This document shows, one piece after another, positions 51,487 to 64,000 of a stretch of 64,000 nt of DNA. This DNA is from Balanoglossus misakiensis. Its lineage: Eukaryota > Animalia > Hemichordata. Below the pieces are notes generated by a model that saw nothing but the letters and a program-made list of their open reading frames with translations, was not told the origin of the DNA and made no database searches. Position 1 is the stretch's first letter, and each line of letters begins with the position of its first letter. The stretch is taken from contig CM082586.2 of NCBI GenBank assembly GCA_040954595.2, positions 3,330,349 through 3,394,348 of the forward strand, in the 5' to 3' direction. A program made the position numbers and the translations under genes.

Positions 51487-54097
51487 ATGTGGCGATTAGG
51501 ACTTTGGATGAGCTTAGAGTCTGACGACAGTCAAGATGACAGCATGGAACAAGAATGTACAAGTTCCGAAGATCACCAGCAAGGAGTTGTATGTGGTACG
51601 AACATGATCATGATTTGTCAAACAGTGACCCCCCCCCCCCCCCCCCCCATGTTTGTTTATCTAGATACACTTGTTGGTTTATATACACCGGTACATGTGG
51701 TGTTGTTTTCTGTTCTGTAGGTCTCATGGAGTCAGATTTAAAACCATCAGAACACATGTATGCACAACAGGTAACCATGACAGAATATGAGAAACAAAGT
51801 CAAGAATACACCAAGCAAGCACTGCACCAACTCCTGAACAGTGAAGAATATCAAAAGGTGTTCAAAACGTGCGGCAGGTAATTCACATGGATTTGTCTAT
51901 TGTGATTAAAATCTTGTCATAGACCAATTCCTTACTGTAATTTAATTCAACATCGCAGTCATAAAATTCCACATTGGGACCCTAGCTATTTTCCCCTTCT
52001 CTTTCAATAGTTGCAATGCATGCTGGTTCTACGAACAAGTCAGCCCAAACTGTGCAGAGTGTGGTGAAGGAGGTTATACCATCCATAGGCCCTGTGCAAT
52101 ATGTCATGGAAAATGCCAGCAAATATGGACCAGGGATGTTGAAATGGTGAGTGCATTGTTTCAAATTTCAAAGAAAAAACAGGCTATTAAAAAGTAGAAT
52201 AGTTGGAAAGTTAATTTACTGCCCTCAAACTGAACACATCACCAAGACTATCGGAGTCAGCTTGTGCCACTAATGGTATCTCTTGCAACAGTGCCCTCTA
52301 GAGGCAAGCTGTGGCATTTCCATGGTGACCAGTATCTCCCTCTTGTTCTGGCATATAAATTTTCTCACGATGAATGACATTTTTTTTCTGAAAAACAACT
52401 TTCCTTCAGTCTAATCCTCTCAGTTCACATACAAACAAAAAACAACGTATGGATCGTGACAAAATTGATTTTTTTTCTGAATTATTATATTGCAGTAGCG
52501 TCATATGGCAGATTTACCGGTTCCAACAGCATATTTCTAATAGCTCAGACTAGACCCTTGGGGGGTTGTAGGTATTTTGAACAAAAAAGAGAAAGCTGAC
52601 CTTTCCTGCATGTACATGGACGTCTTCGAGGAATTGATGAATAGACGTCTTTGTAACTGATAAATTACTGAAATTTGTGATAGAAAGACTTGCTCTGTCA
52701 AGCTGAGATTACTTTGTGTTGAGCCGGTAAACCACATATGTGACTTCTCGGACTGAGCTATTAAAGTATCATGGCAAGACTTGGAACTGACACCTGCCAT
52801 TTTGTCGTGTGCTGTATGCAGTTTCATGGAATATCACTGATACGGACGTTTCCCTCTTCAACTGATGGATAAAGGAAATTAAAAAGATAGTCTGCGTCCG
52901 CCAAAGTGAATTTACCCACCATGCATTTGTGTTCATGCTCGCGAAACAGCTTTCATATTAATAGCTGTGTCTTCACTGTGACCCTGTTTAGTAATTAGTA
53001 ATTTTCAAATACATAGCTGTGTTAATCCCTATTGTCTTGTCTAAATAGTTGTGATGTATGTGTGTTCCTTGCGTACATCATTTGTGAAAATAATGACGCA
53101 AGTTGGATATTCCCGTAATATTTCCTCCCCCATTGGGCACAGTCTAGTTGCCTATTGTCGGCAGAGAAAGGAATTTACCGCCTCTCTATATCAGATTATA
53201 ATTTAAGTCAGATCCTGGAGTGATTCCCAGGACCAGGTAAGGGAGCGGTCATGTAACTCAGTAAAAATTATAAAAAATAATAATTTTCCAAGCCAAAGCT
53301 AATTTCCGGTGGCTGGTACCACCAGCAGTCATTCCTGAAACATGTGACGTCTGCCGAGACAAGCAGAAATTCTTTGCAGACCTGTCAATGCACAGCATAT
53401 CAGACCTCCACTGTACCACTCGGCACCACCGCACTCTGGCTAGTCTGCCACAAATCAATTTATTAGTCGTGTCAGTTTCCACTTGTGCGTTCAGCGAACC
53501 TCTTTGATGGCATTGCATTGTGCTTACCAACTGAAAAGACGGAAATTACAAGTCCTGAGTGTGCGGCTTGATTTAGAAAGAGCTCCGGTGAAGAACTAAC
53601 AAACTAATTCAGCTCATGGTCGACACTAGTGTTTCACATATCTGCCATTACTGAAATAATGAGAATCGTTTATAGAACCATTTCATCAGAAAGACTTCAC
53701 TTAATAACCCTTTGAATCTAATCTTGGATGAATTCTTAGTGATATCAAACCTGTCAGGGGTCAGGGTACAAATTAGCTGAAATTATTTTTCTTCTGCATG
53801 TATACCTGATGAATTTCAAAGTACGAGAGGTCAGTGCCTGGGCCATTAACATTTACTCGTGGCTTAGGACAAGAGGGAAGTCAAAAGAACTTTCTTTAAC
53901 GCTAGACATTACAAAAGGCTTGATATAAGACCTTTGATGCTGAGATTATGTCATTTTCCTTGCAGTCGCACAAAATGAAAGAAGCTCACTGGGATGGCGA
54001 GTGCGGACTTCCCGATGATGAGCAGCGGGCGTATATCCTGAAGAACTTGATTGATGCAGACGAGGACGTGCTTGCAGAGGCTATGGAGGATCTGTAG
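51487..54097 (+). CDS. Pino: Pinocchio-family small Cys-rich (probable zinc-binding) protein, 177 aa
   Basis: Exons 51487-51595, 51721-51877, 52011-52146, 53966-54097 = 534 nt, in frame. TCGSCNACW...VSPNCAECGEGGY..RPCAICHGKCQQIW.RDVEMSH...AHWDGEC matches my recollection of the Drosophila Pinocchio motif (C..C..SW...VSLDC.ECGGY...RPC..C.G.C...W.RD..MSH...A.W.G.C). Confidence 0.75.
52291..52305 (-). promoter_or_regulatory. CTCF-like motif in the Pinocchio-like intron 3
   Basis: Reverse complement GCCTCTAGAGGGCAC. Confidence 0.4.
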
Positions 54098-57000
54098 AAG
54101 ACGCGGTAACCAGGCAGTCTGGCAGACTTCAGCGCTTACGTTTATTATTTGTGCTAGACACTGCCCTGGAAGTGTCTGGCGAGGCATACAGAACACAGAA
54201 GGGGATTTATGAGTTTACAAGGTTTGAGGGGAAGTTTCGATATCTCCAGGGAAGCAAAAAACCGCAGTGTACATATCTAAGCCGTGGTCACTCTTTTTAA
54301 TTAGCCTAGTTTTTTGCAGATTTTGCAAATGGGTATGTACTGTACACACCACATGGCTGTATTTGCAGAACATTTAAGATATAAATTATCTGTTTATTGT
54401 CATCTTTATGATAATTGTGCGTATTTTCTTGAGAATGAAGATATAAAAATAAATGATGTGAAAGGATGATGAAATATGACAAAAAGTGTGTTTGTGGTTA
54501 TTAATTCTTGCTACCTTAAATAGGTGTTTTGCTACCTAGGTGAGTGTCATTAAAATCTCATATGGTCGACACAATTTCAAGAGAGTGTTAAGTTCACAAG
54601 CGGTCATTCCATTTACATTGGTTTTTCTCAGCTGAAGGAACACTGCTTCAAAAGCAGAGATTTCGATTTGTGAGATCAATTCGCCGGGATCATGACATTG
54701 TAACAACGGATATATGCATGGTAGACAAGTTTGTATGCCTCACGGATCGATCGTGATATCTGAATAAGATCTACCTTGACTTCAGTCACGAACATAAATT
54801 CCAACCAGAAATTCACCCCACCCTTGCAGTTCAACAAGCATTCCTTAACACCGTTGCCTCCACTGAAACTATTTTCGCAAAAATACAGGGAAGGACCCCA
54901 TTTTATAATAGAAAACATACCCCCGAGTAAAATGAACACGAGATTTGCGTTCAGAATCTACAAAAGATGTGACGCAAGGGTTTGACTGAATTCACGAAGA
55001 CTGTTTTGTACGAGTTATAGTATTACACGTTTTGGCGGATTGGTTAGTATCGTAAGATTTCCTTAATCTCTTGTCTCATTTCCGCTTTGGATTATATTAA
55101 AAGCGCCATCCATTTACATGGGGGTTACACGATCCTGTAGCAGACAGCTCTAATCCGAGACATTAGTCTTGGGTTATTTGTTTACTCCAAAGAGAAATCG
55201 GTTGATTTGGTGTTTGTGTCAGCAATTTGGGCCGGCGATGCGCTGTCGTCCGATTGTTAGACTTCAGTGATGGGTGAAAAAGATTACTGGTAACTGAACA
55301 CTCGAAGCTTGGAACAAATAAATTGATGGATACTTGAGATCAGTTGAATCCGAAGCAATATAGTAAAAACAGTCTGTCAGACAAAAACATGGATTAGAGC
55401 TAACTAGTACATTGACGTACTCACGATAATCAAACGCAAACGAGAAAAGTCAGACAAACAGATTGGCGTGCGACGTTTGATCATGGCAGAAGATGTTCCC
55501 ATAGTGATAGGCGTAACGAAACAATAATGCACACCGAAAGACGTGGGAATGTTTTCAGATAGCACGTGTAATCTACAGCTGACCTTTTTTCTCCCAAATG
55601 TCTAATATTCATATCTATAGAAGTGCCCACGTCAACAAATATGGGCCTTTAAGCATTGACCCAAACAGAGTTATTGTTTACAGTGTAGTAAGTACATCGC
55701 GGCGTTATTTATCTCCAGTAGATAATTTTGCGCGATCTCTCATTTTTCTTTTCTCCATTGGAGTTGCTCGAAGTGTTCTTGAACACAGAACAAGACTTCG
55801 AAATATCTTGATAATATACTTAATATTCGATTTAAATTGGCCACAAGTTTACAAATATATCTGAAAGTAACATTGCACGTTAAGTGAGGATTCACGTCGC
55901 AGGTACGGTAATGTAACTAAACTTTAATGTCATTATTTTTTTCTGACCGGAATTTCTTACCGGAATCCTGTAAGTAGGCTGGCGAGACCTTCTTTCCTGT
56001 CTCCATTGAAACAACGCGCATTCAACATTCATGTCTCGCATAGGCCTACATCGTTATTCTTTGAAAACTGGATTGTCCTCGGGACGGTCGAATTTTGCTT
56101 ACGACATGCCCTACTGTACGCGGGCTGAATCGGTACAAGATCACAAGAATATTAAATTACAGCGCCAGGCAAACATATTGATTGTAATAACATTTCTTTA
56201 GCAAATGTCCCCTATTCGTCAAATAACTATTGCTCAATGTAAGTTTGACGTGATATTTTCTTTCGGGCACGTCTTTTGGTATAGAATTGAAGCTGGAATC
56301 TGTGGGGGCGCACAGAAATACCTACGGCGCTCACAACACAAGTACACAAGCATCGTGTGTACACATTCACCATCAGACCCGGGCTTCATGCAGGCAAAAA
56401 CCATCATTGTAACTATACGATTTTTAAAGGAGCAGAGATTTCGTTGTTTAATACGCAATATTCGGAATCCTAACAATATCGACGTGCTGTAATTCTTCAC
56501 AGTAACAGAACAGTTTTGTTGGCGTGCAGTTGGCACAATCGCATCAGGAAATCTGGATGTAACCTTCTGACAATCTAACGCGTATAATTAACTCAATTAT
56601 CAGGATTTTCACACAATCAGGCGAAAAATCCTCGACTTTTAAAGTTTCTGTGGTAGGAAATAGTCCGTATTCTTCTACTAATATTGAAGGAGCTTCCCCG
56701 GAAAATTGTCTTGCAAGCTGAGAGGGACGCATCTGCCCACGTTGTTTATACGATGGTCACGTCATCGACAATTTACAAACCCTAAAATCAATTTTCTTGC
56801 TCACTATAAAATACTGAAATAACTCTGCCAGAAATTTATGATATCAAGCTATTGCTATAATATTAAACTTTGAAGGCCTTTTTTGTTTTTACGACGCTAT
56901 ATCCCTTTTTGAGCAAATAAAACCGTCGCCTCAAACTATCAGACATGTCAGATGTTGATGGTTGAAAAACGAAAGTAGTCACGAAAACACGCCTTTCAAA

Positions 57001-57609
57001 TTCAATGAGATTTGCTGAGATCGGCTTCCTAGTTGTCTTAGATTTTGTTGAACTGCTTTAAAATCGGTTTTGTCAAGTACGATTTAACGCGAAGAAGGAA
57101 AATCATACCAGATGATCCACGTTCACTGAGAACACCTAACATTACATTGAATTCCATGGTGTTGCCCTAGATACTCAGAGAAGACGATATTTCCCTTTGA
57201 ATTCTACAATTTTAATGCAACCCCAACTGTTCACCACACAATCGCAGCCATACTCTACATAATGGACAAATGGAAACACTTTTCCTGTGACGTCGCCTGT
57301 GTTTCCATAAGCTTACTCCGATCCCATGTTACAAAATATGTTTCACAAAGACCCTGAATTTCAGATTACAATACGAACTCTGCTATAGATTCATAATCCA
57401 CAGACCAACTCGCTATCTATCTAATTGCTTGTATGCGTTTTAACCCCGTTACAATTCCATATTATTAGAAGTATGTTGTATTGGACCCGAAACGACCTTT
57501 CGACTACCCCCATTAATGAATTCTCCCTTCAGCAGTTAGGGCCTTGACAAAATTTCAAAGATGGGGGGGGGGGGGGGCTGATGCGAATTTAAGGGGGGGG
57601 GGGCGGTCA

Positions 57610-60600
57610 CTATTTTTCATTGGTCCAGATTCTTAGAAGCACCAGTCCCTTGTTAATTCTTTGCAGGCCCTTAAAACCGGCGCAAAACCTCGCGTTGACG
57701 TTTGATTGCCGCTGAAAAAGCGCTCTGTCGTTTGAAGTGGTGCAGGCAGACAGTGGAGTGCGTGTGATATCGCCCACCATCGCATCCTCATCAAAGAGAC
57801 GCTTCACCTTGATATCAAATTTAGGTGTTCTGTCTCCTCCGAGAGAGAGAGTCACGTCATCCTGAATAAAACACTTCACAGTAAAACAGATAACTAACAT
57901 TTACGTCACAGAATCAACAGAAACCAGTGCTAACGGAACACTTATATTCTGTGATCAATCTCGCCCCTGCATCGGGAACCGCAGCCTTGAGCTCTCATTG
58001 GGTGTTAGTCTGATTTGCGTCCTACAGCTTTATATCAACAACTCCATTAAAACACGAACAATTTTTTTCAGGCGACAATTACCAACCGACAATAATGAGG
58101 GAGAAGGTTACGTCACTGGTCCCACATCTGACGTCATAGACTCTCTTTGAATGCCTACACTGTGAGTATTTGTGCAAATGAAAGAAAAATGCCAGTCAAT
58201 GTATAAACTTGTAGGAGATGAGCCTCCTGAGGGAATATCTGAAATCGTGTAATTTCAGTCATAAATTCCCATATTTCATTATTGAGCATGTCGGGGTCAC
58301 CGGATATGCCGACTCTACCCGCGATGACGGTAATTCCGCAGGGTATACTCATGACTATGCATTAAAGTTGGATTTTATTTGGGATATGAACTTGAATAGG
58401 GTACTACATATTGCCAATGAGCTACCTAATAAATATGTCTCTCTCGCAAACGACCAGCGGGGGCAAAGCATTGGCATTGATAAAACGCAAAGTCGTTGAA
58501 AGACAAATTGCAATCATAAATGGGACGTTCAACTATATTCTGTCACGTTCCCCTGTCAAAATAATTGATGAATTATTGCATTCCGCGTGTAATTTGCTTG
58601 GAGGAAAAACACGGTTAACTCTGTACCCTTTCGGGTAGACTCCCTGACGACAAAGCTTGATTCGCAGTACGGAATATCTTTTTACATATGAGCCGGGTGC
58701 TAACGTGACGCCACTCTAAACTACAAACCCTGACACCCAATTTGTTTCATCCATTCCTCTTCGCAGAAAAAATGTCACCTGGTCGCTATTTCGTTACTAT
58801 AAATATAGCTACCTTCTGTGTGTAAGAAAAACCAGATATTAACTGAATATGCCCATTTTGTATGATGAAGATTGAAGATATTAGTGGTAGGTCCTACATT
58901 GTCATGAAACTCGTCCTTGTTTTCTGGAATCAGTACACCTAGTCTATATTTTACGGTTACATCTATGCTTACTCTGAAGATCTAGCAAGTGTCATGATAA
59001 GATTTGGTACAGATAGTTTGAATTAATAGCGATAGAACGACTGCTTTGATTTTTATTTCGATACACAAAGACGTACATGCACAGCCACAAGATTTGGTAT
59101 GGTAATTAGCCATTTACCTTATATAGAGTATGGTAAACCTGCGTAGATGAAATTATGGCAAATAGGGTAGAGTGACTCAAATTGCATAGCAGAACTAAAT
59201 AAATTGCACTTGTTTGTACAGCCGTACAATTGATTATTAAAGCACACTTAATAGGTATGCAAAATTAGTTCTCGTTTACAGTTTGATTCGAAAGTTTGAC
59301 GTTAATATCTGAAAGGTCATTGAATGCCACAAGCCGGTCGCGTTGCAACTATTCGTTTCCGATGGGATTGGGCCTTGATTACAACTAATTGGTTTTGATA
59401 ACTTACGGGTATACGGAGAGATATAATGGATCCGCGATCCCAGATAATTTCCGATCTGATCTACACTGACGTTTCTCGACAACCACACAAGGCCCCGGAT
59501 GACCGACGCATCATCATCGGGATGTTCCCACACCCGAACACTGACAAGAGGCGTAATCGCTGCATTGAATGTTAAAAGTTGGTCCGGTCGCTGACCTGGG
59601 CAAGCATGCACACGACCTGTCATCAATTGGCATATTACGTGACTATCTAATTTTTGTCATTTTGTAAGCATAAGCTTAAAGATCGGATGCCTTATATATC
59701 GGCTCCCAGGGTACGTACTGAGGAAACAAATTTGATAGTATGTGGTACGATTGAAACTTTGGTCGTGTTGAAAGGGGTGGGGCTGTCAGATTTCTGATTT
59801 CAATTTCACGACTCCTGTTGAATTATTTCACATCACTGCGTCACTACTCTGAACAGTGTCAAAGATAGGGTATTCTTCATCACTAAGTGCATGTGTACGT
59901 AGCCGTGTGTTATCATACACTGCCTGAAACCAAGGTAGCGTTCAAGTCTTGCATTTTTCAGTATTAGATGATGACACAATGACCCCTCTTGAGGGACGAG
60001 AACTACCTCGCTAACGTCAAGGGATGGTAACTTTGTTCCGCCCGGCAGACATTGAACGCATCGTCATCAAAAGCACATTGCCACTCCGGGGCTTTAAGTC
60101 ATTGCCCATCCATTCGTATCTATTTATGTGCCCAGGTATATTCTTCCCTGTCATAAATATGCAAGTGTTCCAGAAAGCACGTAACAGGTCCCGGGGAAAT
60201 TGTCATCGTCGTCATACATGCCTGTCAGAGATAAGCTCCGAGGCGCGGCTTATGTGAACTGGGTGTCAATGTACGATAAAGTAGAGTATAGTTTCGATTA
60301 AACGCTTGTTAAATTCCAACAGGTCATAGGCCCTAGGACCCGGTCATAATTAAAAGATGGGGAGGGCCACTATTTTTTCGTTTCCGTCCAGCATCCATAT
60401 TACCACATGCAGGCCTATAGGTTATTATCAATATGTTGCCCGCCCGGGGCACGATTATAGTTTGATATTCCCCAGAACAAGGTGACGCGTCTAATGAATT
60501 ATTTTCTCCATCGGTTTTACATGTGTCATGAATATGTAGACATGTTATCTCGTTCTGGGGAATTGTGCTACACTATCAGTTACAAGAAAGAGTGGCGTGT

Positions 60601-60791
60601 GCTTACTTGTTACGTTGGCAGAAGGTTTGCAACTTCTTCCGAGTTCTCCGGCCGAGTCCTCCAAATTTTCCACCGAGAAAGTTCTTTGAAATCCTGGAAC
60701 AGCTTAGTCAGCCTCGTCAGCCTCTTGATGCTTTTTCTGCTTCAATTCTAGACGTATTTCGGGTGAATACGTTGTCTTCATCCGACGCCAT
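57610..60791 (-). pseudogene. Putative decayed or lineage-specific multi-exon gene of unknown family
   Basis: Exon-like segments with AG/GT ends: 60791-60607, 60221-60007, 59616-59407, 58354-58209, 57861-57610. The last three join into one open frame; the first two contain stops in all frames. Confidence 0.35.
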
Positions 60792-60799
60792 GTCTTCAC

Positions 60800-60945
60800 C
60801 ATGAAAATGGCGACACGCATGAAGTGACCCGTACACCTGGTAACCCGCATGACCACACTCAACCAATGGGGTGACGGGAAAGCAGTGCGTGCTTCGTGAT
60901 TGGTCATCATTTGTTACGCGCTTCGTGATTGGTCATCATTTTTTA
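60800..60945 (-). promoter_or_regulatory. Promoter-like cluster: YY1 site and three CCAAT boxes, two inside a 22-bp direct repeat
   Basis: AAAATGGCG 60804-60812; CCAAT 60863-60867; gcttcgtgattggtcatcattt at 60891-60912 and 60920-60941. Confidence 0.55.
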
Positions 60946-63900
60946 AGTAGTACACCAGGTGTTGCTTACGTGATATAAGTAGGAAAGGATAATAACAGCA
61001 TGCGATTTTCATTTTAGTTTTCATCATGGTGGCGGCTATTGGGAAACTATTAAAGTCGGACGTTTTTTGTTAGAACGTGACATCAATCAAATTCTACAGA
61101 CACGGATGAAAACGCCCGGTGCCGGTGTTGGATTTCCCTGTCGTGACCGATATAACCTCAGCAATCAAATTAGTAATTCAACTCCTTATACCTTACGCTT
61201 TTCCGCGTAAGCTTCATCCTGCATGGAATTCGATCGATCGCCATCCCATAGCGACACATCAAAGGAATGTAACCTTTAATTTCCATATGCACGTATATGG
61301 TTAAAGGGGATGTCTTAAGAAACTGAGGATTGGTTCCAAATGAATAATTTCGAATTGGAGCCGAAAAGCAGGGTCGAACGAAGCATGAGAAACAAACTAG
61401 ACAAAACCGCCCTAATTATCGGCGACATGGGGGGAGGGTGGGGGGTAGAGAGCCCTATATTTGCAATCACTATAGTAGCTTGGCATATCCGTTTCTGACA
61501 ACGGACACCGAAACTCAGCCTCATCAGCAGCCTGCGTGCTTCCAGGCTCCATGATCAATTAACAAAAGCCTGGTAAACAAAATTCATCCAATTTCCCCCC
61601 TCCAGGAATCGCGCGTTTCTTTTCCATCCATGCGAACTCGACTTGCGCTTTGCTTCGCTAACACTGTGCATGCAGTCCGACAGGGTGGGTTATCCGGCGA
61701 TTACGAGACACTTTCCTTTGTGTGCAGATTGGTTGGAGTCTCCCAGTCTGCAGGGAAATTGATTTCGAGAGAAGGACATTCATCAAACATATAACTTTAA
61801 TGAGAAAATTCATTTTTTTCTAGACGTATTGTTTGAACTTAAGCATCATATTAGAAAATCGCATTCGTGGCCATTCTAGCTTATTGCATGGGGATGATCT
61901 GATTGCTGATAATAAGATACAGCTCATCATTTCCACTGGTTCTGTAGTATCTGCTTGAACAGAACACATAACTCGCCTCTCAGTGACGACAGGCATGGTA
62001 TTCAAAAAGCAATAAGTGACTGATTCAGTTTAGCATTGTATTCATCCTGTCCATCGCTCGGTATTCACCATCTGAAAGGATTTGCGGGGGATAGGAAAGC
62101 TCTCAATACACCCATTCGTGTAAAAGGCAAAAGAACCATAAAGTTTTGAATGCATCGTGACTTCTAGATCTGGAATTCAACCCACTTGGGTACAATACAG
62201 TATTTTGTAGGCGTTGCAAGATCGAAAAATAACGAATATGAACTGGTTACTGTTCCGAGAAAATGGATGTTATTTTGCCAGGCTGTCAGATTTGCCAGAT
62301 CTGAATTGAAAATCTTGCCATATTTTTGGGGAAAACTAATGCAATCAACAATTAATTTATTATGTGACACAGCTATCGTCGTTTAGTACGATACTGATTG
62401 TCAAGATTCCTCCGGACTTTGAGTTAAGCGACGTGCATCAATTCTTGTGTTTGCGTGATACAATGAATGCCAATACATATTGGTCCCACCGTCGTTGCGT
62501 GCGACTGTCCTCCTCCTTCGTGAAACGTGCTAAGCCATTTTCCGGATCGACAAAACGGAAAAAAATGAAAGCGATGATATGTGTTTTTACTCTAAGGTTT
62601 TGAGCTTATGTACAGAATGCGTTGGTAAACAGTAAGCTGCCAAGATTATACCGAAAGCGTGGCACCAAACATCTCTGCACGACAATCGTGCTTTTTAATA
62701 TCCTGCAGTCGAGTGTATTACTTCAGCATTATTGGAACACGCTATCCATGAAAATAGGATTCCAGTGGAGCTATTATGTGGATCCGTCATCTCTGATCAT
62801 CTGAGATGTGTTGTGAATGGGGCAGAGTTGTTTTGAAGTGTGATGTTAACAATATTTGTATAAACACACGGTGCCCTTTGATGGTAACATCATTGAGTGC
62901 CGGTAACATACGACACTTTGAGCATATGGTGTTTTTACAATGTCAGCACAGTAGTCCTGACGAAAGCAGGGGATGGTTGACGCTAGCAGGGGTTCCATTT
63001 AATAACTCTGTGTCGAATGGAAGATGCAGTCTGTGTGATGACATATCATAGTTTTTCCAAGAATCCTATAGATATGTGAACACCAAGGGAATAGGGTATA
63101 AAATAGCTAAAGGACTCAGAAATGATGGTGCATCCCTGTCCTAAGCCCTTTAGATCTCTCGTTTCCTGATGTCAATCACCAGAGTACATATGTTTCCTAC
63201 CTTACACACTTTATGCATTCTGACTTTAATGACTAAAACGGATTTAATGGGATGGACAAGAGAAATAAAGCATCGCAGTCGAGTCTGAAGAACTCTTCAC
63301 ACCAGATCTTGCACATCAAATAGATAATTCTCTTGTCGTTTCACGTTACGTCATGTCATGGCGCCATCAAGTCGAGTGTTGGGTTTCGCTTCTCAAACTC
63401 ACGCATATCATTTGAACTACTGTACTACTGTACAGCATTAAAGTTGCACTGTGCATGAAAAAGGATTCACCAACTCGCAACTTCAAAATTACACTGGAGA
63501 TGAGAAGAGACTATTTTGTACTTTGACTTATTCTGGTTTTCATTTTTTTCACTTTACCCTTTAACACTGCGGCCTTGCGGTCTGTGGCCATGATTGTGGA
63601 AAATATAAAATTGCAGTTACTTAGTTGTGGATGGCAAGGACATTTGAAAGTTCGCTATGAGTACGGCATTGTTGTCAGGGCCTATATAAGCACAGGGGTT
63701 ACAAGCTCGCTTATTATAATGCAACTACATTGTGTCCAGCTCGTCAAAGCTTCGCGTCATCTTCAGTATCTGTATTTCTATAACTTTAAGCTTTTCTTAT
63801 GTCTTCATGACTTCTGGCAAAAATTTTTGCATTTTAAAGACTCGTTACATTACCTGTGGAGAAACAGTTTAATGAAAGGATGGGATAAAAATACTAGAAC

Positions 63901-64000
63901 GCTGGCGAAATCGTGATAGATGAAAATAAGCATGCATGAATGAATAGAGCTGTGATAACAAAGGACTGTGTCGACATCCAAGACAAAAATCGTCAGACAA

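Noticed and set aside
49438-57603. Poly-G/poly-C tracts as functional G-quadruplex elements
   Set aside because: Simple homopolymer runs; no further evidence of function.
59786-59883. Possible box C/D snoRNA on the minus strand (GTGATGA...CTGA)
   Set aside because: No terminal stem and no recognisable rRNA/snRNA guide.
60007-60791. Two apparent UxxU selenocysteine motifs (TGA CGA GGC TGA; TGA CGA CGA TGA) in frame with the ATG at 60791
   Set aside because: Both are explained as out-of-frame readings of Asp/Glu-rich codons (GCT GAC GAG GCT GAC; TAT GAC GAC GAT GAC). No thioredoxin-like context, an in-frame TAG follows, and I could not identify a SECIS; a SECISearch hit would reopen this.
61000-64000. 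Short ORFs at the right end of the window
   Set aside because: No recognisable domains or consistent exon chain; treated as intergenic or intronic.

Overview
AT-rich, intron-rich animal genomic DNA. The gene set suggests an invertebrate deuterostome or other marine invertebrate, which is inference only. Manual exon assembly from GT-AG sites and intron phases gives four genes. (1) A 5'-truncated gel-forming mucin (+, 15-19012, 26 exons, ~4,035 aa in window): D1-D2-D'-D3 VWF-type assemblies, two Ala/Thr-rich tandem-repeat exons (23-aa and 28-aa units), six small Cys modules and a C-terminal cystine knot, with no D4. (2) MKRN2OS (-, 20579-21961, 4 exons, 219 aa). (3) Head-to-head with it, a very large eyes shut/EYS (+, 23831-48547, 45 coding exons, ~5,044 aa): vertebrate-type N-terminal domain, ~59 tandem EGFs, ~1,280-aa Ser/Thr stalk and 5 LamG domains. 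(4) A 177-aa Cys-rich Pinocchio-family gene (+, 51487-54097). The region 54.7-60.9 kb has a promoter and phase-compatible exon-like segments on the minus strand that look like a decayed or lineage-specific gene. No RNA genes, CRISPR arrays or intact mobile elements were seen. Homology calls come from remembered family motifs, not database searches.
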